In this document: positions 56,580 through 64,000 of the stretch, piece by piece | Numbering within the stretch: the stretch's first letter is position 1 | How the letters are laid out: every line of letters begins with the position of its first letter | Assembly (NCBI GenBank): GCA_049513715.1 | Contig: JBEKVV010000001.1 | Location: 608,001-672,000 of the forward strand | DNA length: 64,000 nt | Reading direction: 5' to 3' | From: Candidatus Bathyarchaeia archaeon | Lineage (GTDB): Archaea; Thermoproteota; Bathyarchaeia; 40CM-2-53-6 | Notes under the pieces: generated by a model | What the model saw: the letters and a program-made list of their open reading frames with translations, nothing else | The model's database searches: none | What the model was told of the DNA's origin: nothing | Translations under genes and position numbers: made by a program

Positions 56580-59447
56580 ATGGTCCTTGAACAACCCACC
56601 GTTTTCGACGATCTCGCGAAACCGATACGCGAGGCCCTCACGGAGCGCGGCTTCATTTCCCCCACTGACCCCCAAATGAAAGCCATCCCAGAGATCCTAG
56701 CTGGCAAGAATGTTCTGCTGATTTCACCCACGGCTTCGGGAAAGACTGAGGCGGCGGTTCTTCCAGTCCTAAGCATGTACATAACAAACCGAGCTCAGGA
56801 ACCGGGTATTAAGATACTGTACATTACCCCTTTGCGGGCACTGAATCGAGATATGCTTGACAGGCTTGAGTGGTGGGGAAAGCGGCTTGACCTAAAGATC
56901 GCCGTAAGGCATGGGGATACGGAGACCAAAGAACGAACGTTTCAGGCGAAAAGCCCTCCTGACATGTTGATCATAACTCCAGAAACTCTCCAGGCAATAA
57001 TGACCGGAAGGCTGATGAAACGACACCTGCAAGCTGTAAAGTACATCATCATCGATGAAGTGCACGAGCTGGCCGAAAATAAACGAGGCAGCCAGCTAGC
57101 ATTGGCACTGGAAAGGTTACGCTGGGCGACGATGCATGAGTTCCAATTAATTGGGCTCTCTGCAACGATTGGCACACCAGAGAAGGTGGCTGCATTTCTC
57201 GTTGGTCAGGGCCGACAAGCGACGATAGTTCATGTTCCTGTAGGCCGTCAAATACACTTAGAGGTCACGTGCCCTCAACCTGGACCCGCAGATGTTGCAC
57301 TGGCCTCGAGGTTGTATACGCACCCAGAAGTTGCCGCGCGCCTAAAACAAATGCGCGGCCTGATCGAAAGCCACCGCTCCGTAATCCTCTTCACAAACAC
57401 GAGGGCGATTGCAGAGATCCTCGCAAGCCGAATGAAAGTCTGGGACGTGGACTTCCCAATATCCATCCATCACGGCTCACTAGCCAAACCCTCCAGAATC
57501 AGCGCGGAGAGAGGATTGAAGGATGGCCAATTGCGAGGGCTGGTGGCAACATCGTCCTTGGAGCTGGGAATTGATGTAGGGTCGGTGGACTTCGTCATCC
57601 AATACATGAGCCCCAGACAAGTCACGCGCCTCATACAACGTGTGGGAAGAAGCGGCCACAGAATCGGAAGAACTGCCGACGGCGTTGTCGTTGCGCTTGA
57701 CTCCGACGACACATTAGAGGCGATGGTGATCGCCAGACGAGCCTTGGAAGAAACCCTAGAGCCTGTTTCCATACCGTACAAACCTCTAGATGTGCTCGCG
57801 CACCAATTGGTAGGCCTACTAATACAGAAAGGAAGATGGTACATTCACGAAATCATGGAAGTTGTATGCAAAGCATACCCATACCGCGACCTGACCGAAC
57901 AGGACTTGATCGGTGTAATCACGTACATGCACTCCCGATTTCCACGCCTCTGCTGGTTCTCTCAACAGGACAGCATCATTTTGCGACCACGACGCATGGA
58001 ATCACTATTCACTTACTACTTCGGCAAACTCTCAATGATACCTGACGAAAAGCAGTACCTAATCATCGACCAGTCCAACGACGAAGCCGTGGGGGTTTTG
58101 GATGAAGCCTTCGTTGCTGAGTACGGCGAACCCGGAAGGAAATTCATAATCCGTGGAACCCCATGGCAGATGATGAGCATTCGAAGCGATAAAATCTACG
58201 TCAAAGCAATCAGAGACCCAGCAGGCTCAATTCCAAGCTGGGTTGGTGAAGAAATTCCGGTTCCTTTCGAGATTGGCCAAGAAGTCGGATTGATTCGAAG
58301 ACATGTCGAGGAAGGCTTGCGCGCTGGCAAGAGGAACGAAGATCTTGTCGCAGAATTATGTCGAGTTTACCCTGCGAACTCGGATACTATGAGAAGGGCA
58401 CTTGGCGAGACGTTTGAACAAGCCGCGCTGGGGCTAGTGCTGCCAACCGATAGACGGGTCGTTGTTGAGGATTGGGACGAGTTCGTCATCGTTAATGCGA
58501 ACTTCGGTTTGCTAGTAAACCGAACGTTAGCCAGACTGGTAGGGCATGTTCTGTCAGAAGAACTAGGGTTGACCATCGGTGTCCAACAAGACCCTTACCG
58601 ATTCGTCATCCAAACCTCCGGTCAAGCTAACAGTGCCAAGATTGTTCAGGTTCTCAAGCAACTGCGCACTATGAATGTTGACGCCTTGGTGGTCGAGTCT
58701 TCTAAGAAAACGGGCCTGTTCAAGCGCCGGCTGGTTCATGTCGCGAGAAGGTTCGGGGCAATTACAAAGTGGGTCGAGTTGGGCAGCGTCAACCTGCGCC
58801 AATTAATGAGAAGCTTCGAAGGGACGGTGATTATGGAGGAGGCGTTGAAAGAGACGCTTGAAAGAGACTTGGACGTTTCGAACACGATCAAGGTCCTGGA
58901 GCAGCTGGGCGGATCAATAGAAGTTGTAGTGTCACCTAGCACGGCAGAGGCTACACCCATCGCTAGGGTGGGCATCGAGAGAATAAGCCGGAAGACGGAT
59001 TTGATACCTCCAGAAAAACTGAAGCGAATCCTGCTAGAGTCCACCAAAGTCAGAATACTAAACGAGTGCAGGACTCTGGCCTGCCCCAAATGCTTTGAGT
59101 CCTCGAAGATCGTGAGAATCAAAGACATCCCGGAGAACCTCACTTGCCCATCATGCGGAAAAGGGCAACTTGGGCTCACTATAGAAACGCCTGACTTCAT
59201 TGACAAGATTCACCGAAAACACGGCCGAAACTTGTCACAAGCAGAACGGAAAATCAGTGAAGACCTCAAAGCCACGTCCCTTCTCCTTCGCAAGCATGGA
59301 AGAGTTGCTGCTTGCGTCTTGGCTGGAAGGAGGATAGGGCTGGGCGAGGCCAAGGCAGTCCTGCGTACACATCACAAATTCTCGGACAAACTGTTTGAAT
59401 CAATTATGGCTGCTGAAAGAAGGGTGCTTCGGCGCCGGTTTTGGTAA
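56580..59447 (+). CDS. lhr: Lhr-type DEAD/DEAH helicase
   Basis: PTASGKT, DEVH, SAT, HHGSL, QRVGRSGH; C-terminal Zn ribbon. Confidence 0.93.
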   Translation: MVLEQPTVFDDLAKPIREALTERGFISPTDPQMKAIPEILAGKNVLLISPTASGKTEAAVLPVLSMYITNRAQEPGIKILYITPLRALNRDMLDRLEWWGKRLDLKIAVRHGDTETKERTFQAKSPPDMLIITPETLQAIMTGRLMKRHLQAVKYIIIDEVHELAENKRGSQLALALERLRWATMHEFQLIGLSATIGTPEKVAAFLVGQGRQATIVHVPVGRQIHLEVTCPQPGPADVALASRLYTHPEVAARLKQMRGLIESHRSVILFTNTRAIAEILASRMKVWDVDFPISIHHGSLAKPSRISAERGLKDGQLRGLVATSSLELGIDVGSVDFVIQYMSPRQVTRLIQRVGRSGHRIGRTADGVVVALDSDDTLEAMVIARRALEETLEPVSIPYKPLDVLAHQLVGLLIQKGRWYIHEIMEVVCKAYPYRDLTEQDLIGVITYMHSRFPRLCWFSQQDSIILRPRRMESLFTYYFGKLSMIPDEKQYLIIDQSNDEAVGVLDEAFVAEYGEPGRKFIIRGTPWQMMSIRSDKIYVKAIRDPAGSIPSWVGEEIPVPFEIGQEVGLIRRHVEEGLRAGKRNEDLVAELCRVYPANSDTMRRALGETFEQAALGLVLPTDRRVVVEDWDEFVIVNANFGLLVNRTLARLVGHVLSEELGLTIGVQQDPYRFVIQTSGQANSAKIVQVLKQLRTMNVDALVVESSKKTGLFKRRLVHVARRFGAITKWVELGSVNLRQLMRSFEGTVIMEEALKETLERDLDVSNTIKVLEQLGGSIEVVVSPSTAEATPIARVGIERISRKTDLIPPEKLKRILLESTKVRILNECRTLACPKCFESSKIVRIKDIPENLTCPSCGKGQLGLTIETPDFIDKIHRKHGRNLSQAERKISEDLKATSLLLRKHGRVAACVLAGRRIGLGEAKAVLRTHHKFSDKLFESIMAAERRVLRRRFW

Positions 59448-59507
59448 AGTCAGTCGCTCCTGCAAACTGCCACAATAACGATAAGCGGGGATGGCATATC
59501 AAATCTC

Positions 59508-59567
59508 GGGCGATGACGAAAGCTGGTATTGGAGTAACCTGTGATCGAAGAAACCAGACCTGAGCCC
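59508..59567 (+). ncRNA. candidate C/D-box sRNA guiding 16S rRNA helix 18
   Basis: GGGC/GCCC stem; C ATGACGA, D CTGA; guides AGCTGGTATT and GAAACCAGAC. Confidence 0.75.
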
Positions 59568-59714
59568 AAAACCGTCCGCTATCAGAACGAAGTGCTCTGA
59601 CTTAGAATTCCCAGGTTTGAAAGTACTTGCTTCGCATATTCGATTTGTGGGAGCTTTTATATGTCCAGATGGGTGCTCTTTGCAGTACCGAAACATTGGA
59701 GGAAAATTGTGTAA

Positions 59715-61403
59715 ATGTCAACTGAAGCTAAACCTAAACCTAAACGAACAACCACTTACATCGCCGCTGCGGTACTAATCATAATCATGGTAGCTGGCGC
59801 TGGATACTACTTCTATCAATCATCGATGATGCCACCAACGCCAACGACAACGACGCCAACGACGTCAGCAGGTCCGCAATACAAGGACACAATCGTCGTT
59901 GGGACCACAGACTCGGTCCAGACCACCCTCGATCCAGCCGACGCTTATGACTACTTCGCGAACGATGTGGTCATGTACAACGTAGGAGGAGGGCTAGTGG
60001 ACTATGCGCCAGGAACGACCACGATCGTCCCCAACCTTGCAACATCTTGGACCGTTAGCTCAGACGGCCTTACTTGGACATTCAACCTTAGGCAAGGCGT
60101 CAAATTCGCAGACGGAACAGCATTCGATGCCAACGTTGTGAAATACTCAATAGACCGACAAATGGCTATCGATGAACCTGAAGGCCCATTCGCAGGGGTA
60201 GGACTCGATACCTTGATTAACAAAACCGTCGTGACCGGACCGCTTCAAGTTCAATTCGTGTTGAACCAGCCATTCTCAGCATTCCTAGCCATGGTTGCTT
60301 TCAACGCGATGTTTCCAGTGAACCCGAATGTTGCGCCAATGCATGCGATCGTCAACTATACTGGTACTGTGAACACTGAGGTACCGAATGATATTGGGCC
60401 TTACATGCTGAGCAACTGGCAGAGAACAGCTGGCAAGGACGTGGAAATGGACTTTGTTCCAAATCCGAACTGGTGGAACGTGTCAAGTGGGTATCCGAAA
60501 ACTAAAAACATAATCTACAAGTTCTATTCGGACTCCACAACCCTCAATTTGGCATTGCAAAGCGGATCCATCGACATCGCATACAGACAACTCGCTCCCG
60601 CAGACATTCAATCATACCAATCGAACACCAAATTCAAAGTGTGGCAAGGACCTGGTCAATTTATCCAGTACCTTGTCTTCAACGAAAAACAGGCACCGTT
60701 CGACAAGGTGGATGTGAGGAAGGCAATCGCAACCGCTCTCGACAGGTCCCTCATAACCAATACAGTATTCCTTGGACAGACTGTTCCATTATACAGTATG
60801 GTACCTATCGGGATGTCGTACCACACAGATTCGTTCAAAACCATGTACGGCGACGCTGACACAGCAAAAGCAACTTCTCTTCTGCAAAGTGCAGGCTACA
60901 GCACATCGAACCCATTGAAGTTCACCCTAACCTACCCAACTGGACACTACAGCTCAACCGACGGAATCGCCTCAGCCCTCAAGCAAGCGCTTGAGAAAAC
61001 AGGGGTGATTCAGGTCACACTTGCCAACGAGCCTTGGGCAAACTACAAAGCAAGCACAGGGGCCGATCAATTGCAGGTATACATCTACGGTTGGTATCCT
61101 GACTTCATTGATCCATACGACTACACTTATCCATTCCTGCCCCCGGACGGAGTTGGTTTCTTGCATACGCACTACCTCAGCCCAACCATGTCGCAACTCT
61201 TGCACCAAGCAGCAGGGAACACGGACCCGACTGCTTTTCCAAAGATCTACACACAAATTCAGGACCAGGTTGCAACTGACGTCCCGATGGTGCCCTTGTT
61301 CCAAGGAACCACAATCGTCATCACGAACCCGGCGGTTGGCGGGATCGTTCTAGACCCAACAACGATTTTCAGACTGTACCTGATGTGGGAAACGGCGTCT
61401 TAG
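59715..61403 (+). CDS. peptide/nickel ABC transporter substrate-binding protein (family 5)
   Basis: N-terminal TM plus Thr linker; LDPA; PNLATSWTVSSDGLTWTFNLRQGVKFADG. Confidence 0.95.
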   Translation: MSTEAKPKPKRTTTYIAAAVLIIIMVAGAGYYFYQSSMMPPTPTTTTPTTSAGPQYKDTIVVGTTDSVQTTLDPADAYDYFANDVVMYNVGGGLVDYAPGTTTIVPNLATSWTVSSDGLTWTFNLRQGVKFADGTAFDANVVKYSIDRQMAIDEPEGPFAGVGLDTLINKTVVTGPLQVQFVLNQPFSAFLAMVAFNAMFPVNPNVAPMHAIVNYTGTVNTEVPNDIGPYMLSNWQRTAGKDVEMDFVPNPNWWNVSSGYPKTKNIIYKFYSDSTTLNLALQSGSIDIAYRQLAPADIQSYQSNTKFKVWQGPGQFIQYLVFNEKQAPFDKVDVRKAIATALDRSLITNTVFLGQTVPLYSMVPIGMSYHTDSFKTMYGDADTAKATSLLQSAGYSTSNPLKFTLTYPTGHYSSTDGIASALKQALEKTGVIQVTLANEPWANYKASTGADQLQVYIYGWYPDFIDPYDYTYPFLPPDGVGFLHTHYLSPTMSQLLHQAAGNTDPTAFPKIYTQIQDQVATDVPMVPLFQGTTIVITNPAVGGIVLDPTTIFRLYLMWETAS

Positions 61404-61469
61404 AAACAACATCCTAGTGGGAGAATGTCTGGGTAAGTTTAAAGCCCAGCCACGTTCCCTCCTTTTTTT

Positions 61470-62504
61470 ATGGCCCTTCGCGATTACATCGTAACGCGAA
61501 TTTTGCTCACTATACCTATGATCATGATATTGTTGACGATCGTTTTCATAGTCATGCGGGTCTTGCCCGGTAACCCTGTTCAACTTAGATTCGAGAAGAA
61601 CGCTGACCCCGCACTTGTTGCTGCTTTCACTCATCGCCTCGGATTGGATCGGCCGCTTTACCAGCAGTTTTTCGATTATTTGTGGGGGCTACTACTCCAC
61701 GGTGATTTTGGTACATCTATGGCAGGGTCCTTCGAACCGGTTGGCCCTCAGATTCTTTCCCGTTTCCCTGCGACACTCGAACTCACCATGTACTCCTTCA
61801 TCGTCGCCGTAGTGGTGGGTGTGCTCTTCGGAGCATTTGGAGCTCGCAAAGGTGGGGTTCCAGACGAAGGAGTAAAAGTCTTTGGCATTCTGATCTACGC
61901 GTTTCCAGTATTCTTTCTTGGTATGTTACTTCAACTTATTTTTGGGGTCTGGTTTCACTTCCTACCTGTAACTGGAAGACTTGATGCAGGCGTCCTCCCG
62001 ACAAGTTTGGCAATAGGAAGTTTTCATTTTGAGACGGGCCTTTACACGGTGGACAGCCTGCTCTCAGGAAATATCAGGGAATTCATTGACGCGGTCAAAC
62101 ATCTGATCCTTCCCTGCACCGCCTTGGGGCTGGTGATATCCGGAGTCTTCGTGAGAATGACAAGGGCAAACATGATGGAAACAATGAGGGCGGATTTTGT
62201 GACCGCCGCTCGCGCAAGGGGACTGAGGGAGAAGACTGTGGTTTACGCATATGCCCTGAGAAATGCATTACTCCCGATCGTGACAATCATGGGGTTGCAG
62301 TTTGCTCTGCTACTAAGCGGGGCCATTCTCACGGAGACCGAATTTAGCATGCTTGGATTGGGAACATACCTTGTGGACAGGGTAAACTTTAGGGACTATA
62401 CCGCCGTACAAGGAACTGTGGTGTTTCTTGCCTTACTGATTTCCTCAATCAGCCTAATTGTTGACATCCTCTACGCTTACTTGGACCCTAGGGTAAGATT
62501 ATGA
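61470..62504 (+). CDS. peptide ABC permease (DppB/OppB-like)
   Basis: TAARARGL EAA loop, RNALLP. Confidence 0.95.
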   Translation: MALRDYIVTRILLTIPMIMILLTIVFIVMRVLPGNPVQLRFEKNADPALVAAFTHRLGLDRPLYQQFFDYLWGLLLHGDFGTSMAGSFEPVGPQILSRFPATLELTMYSFIVAVVVGVLFGAFGARKGGVPDEGVKVFGILIYAFPVFFLGMLLQLIFGVWFHFLPVTGRLDAGVLPTSLAIGSFHFETGLYTVDSLLSGNIREFIDAVKHLILPCTALGLVISGVFVRMTRANMMETMRADFVTAARARGLREKTVVYAYALRNALLPIVTIMGLQFALLLSGAILTETEFSMLGLGTYLVDRVNFRDYTAVQGTVVFLALLISSISLIVDILYAYLDPRVRL

Positions 62505-63382
62505 AGCGAACCAATTCAAGTCAGCAAACCTTCTCTTTAATGGGAAGGGTGCTTGCTCCACTCGTTGGTAAGGGTCACGGAAGAGCCCTGATGTTGGTTG
62601 GTCTTAGTATAGCCGTGTTCATTGCCGTGATGAGCGTCTCCGCCCCATACATATCCCCACATGATCCTACGACGATTGGCTTAGGACCCGTGAACTCGCC
62701 CCCAAGCGAGCGCTTTCCACTCGGAACCGACATCTACGGCAGAGATTTGTTGAGTCGCACAATTTGGGGTGGAAGGTTCTTGCTTCTCGTTGCTTTGACT
62801 GCGGTTTTGATTTGTATGGCAATTGGGGTACCAATAGGGCTCGTCTCAGCATACAATGGAGGAAATTTAGATAGAAGTATCGCGCTCGTCATGGACAGCA
62901 TTTACGCTTTTCCAAGCCTAGTGCTCGCCATAATGATAATCAGCGTTTTTGGCGTTTCGATAATTAACGAGGCAATGGCAATCGCGGTCGTTTACATACC
63001 CAGCTACTTCAGGATCGTCAGAAGTCAGGTGCTCGCGGTAAAGGAAATGCCTTACGTCGATGCGGCAAAATCTGTGGGCGCAAGCAGTCCCGCTATTCTA
63101 CTGAAATATGTTCTGCCTAACGTTATCTCTTCAATTATCGTAATGGGCGGCGTGAATTTTGCTGACTCCATCCTCACAACCGCAGGTCTCGACTTCATAG
63201 GCCTAGGCCTTCCAGTCAACCTTCCTGATTGGGGAATCGATCTCACGTATGGGCGGCAATCACTGCCTACAGGTGTTTGGTGGACCATATTCTTCTCAGG
63301 GTTTATGATCCTGATGGCAGCACTTGCCTTTTCGCTGATAAGCGAAGGCTACTCCGAAAGGACCAATCCGAAGTTGCGGTGA
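62501..63382 (+). CDS. peptide ABC permease (DppC/OppC-like)
   Basis: LGTD.YGRD, YVDAAKSVGA, LPN. Confidence 0.95.
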   Translation: MKRTNSSQQTFSLMGRVLAPLVGKGHGRALMLVGLSIAVFIAVMSVSAPYISPHDPTTIGLGPVNSPPSERFPLGTDIYGRDLLSRTIWGGRFLLLVALTAVLICMAIGVPIGLVSAYNGGNLDRSIALVMDSIYAFPSLVLAIMIISVFGVSIINEAMAIAVVYIPSYFRIVRSQVLAVKEMPYVDAAKSVGASSPAILLKYVLPNVISSIIVMGGVNFADSILTTAGLDFIGLGLPVNLPDWGIDLTYGRQSLPTGVWWTIFFSGFMILMAALAFSLISEGYSERTNPKLR

Positions 63383-63386
63383 GACC

Positions 63387-64000
63387 TTGGAGTCATTTCT
63401 GAACATCAAATCTCTTTCAGTCGAGTTCCGTACTGGAGAAGGCGCGGCAAAGGCCGTGGAAGACGTATCGCTTGAACTCAGAAAGGGCGAGACGCTCGGG
63501 CTAGTTGGAGAATCAGGCTCAGGCAAGTCAACCATGGGCCTAGCAATAATGGGTCTGATACAAGCTCCAGGCCGGGTTACCTCGGGGCGCATTTTCTTCG
63601 AAGGAACCGACTTGAGAGAACTCAGCAGCGAGGAGATGCGAGCAATGAGAGGGAAAAGGATTGCAATGATTTTCCAAGACCCCATGACCTCGCTGAACCC
63701 AGTCAAGAAGATCGGGCATCATTATGTAGAGTATATCCAAGCTCACGACCCTCAAGCCACGAAAAACAAAGCTAGGTCAATGGCAGGAGAGGTTCTTGAA
63801 GATCTTGGGATCCCTGCCTCAAGGATCGATGATTACCCGCATCAGTTTAGTGGTGGAATGAGGCAGCGAGTCATGATTGGGCTGGCTTTGACGCTTAGGC
63901 CTTCTCTAATCATTGCAGATGAACCAACAACAGCTCTCGATGTAATTGTGGAAGCCCAAATACTGAGCTTAATGAGAGATTTGAAGAAGAAATACTCACT
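63387..64000 (+). CDS. peptide ABC ATP-binding protein (DppD/OppD-like), runs off the window
   Basis: GESGSGKS, FQDPMTSLNP, YPHQFSGGMRQR, IIADEPTTALD. Confidence 0.95.
   Translation, partial: MESFLNIKSLSVEFRTGEGAAKAVEDVSLELRKGETLGLVGESGSGKSTMGLAIMGLIQAPGRVTSGRIFFEGTDLRELSSEEMRAMRGKRIAMIFQDPMTSLNPVKKIGHHYVEYIQAHDPQATKNKARSMAGEVLEDLGIPASRIDDYPHQFSGGMRQRVMIGLALTLRPSLIIADEPTTALDVIVEAQILSLMRDLKKKYS

Noticed and set aside
32234..64000. Many antisense and alternate-frame ORFs in the track
   Set aside because: They overlap well-supported conserved genes and lack motifs.

Overview
Archaeal DNA from the TACK lineage; gene content and style fit Bathyarchaeia, which is an inference. 1-2.6 kb holds conserved core genes (DHH/RecJ-like, pcc1, rps3ae). 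About 2.7-32.1 kb is a mosaic, partly decayed accessory/defence-like island. It carries NDT/TIR-, DUF4145- and HEPN-like genes, many zinc-finger micro-proteins, a membrane AAA+ ATPase, TPR fragments, a prim-pol/helicase plus tyrosine-recombinase element, and an 894-bp transposase-less element with 12-bp TIRs and an 8-bp TSD. 32.2-64 kb is housekeeping: glmU, ychF, npdG, malic enzyme, the RNase P/proteasome/exosome superoperon, cysS, a rearranged eIF2g/rpoE/ribosomal/aIF5B cluster, Lhr, a peptide ABC transporter and two candidate C/D-box sRNAs. Top observation: a 1270-bp element (10772-12041) has ~40-bp TIRs, a 14-bp TSD resembling a tRNA 3' end, and an unannotated casposase-type Cas1 C-terminal remnant. 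More copies of the same target/TIR junction punctuate the island, and the TIRs themselves run into inward-facing tRNA-3'-end mimics. This suggests a self-nesting, Cas1-built cargo array. All family assignments are by eye from motifs; no searches were run.
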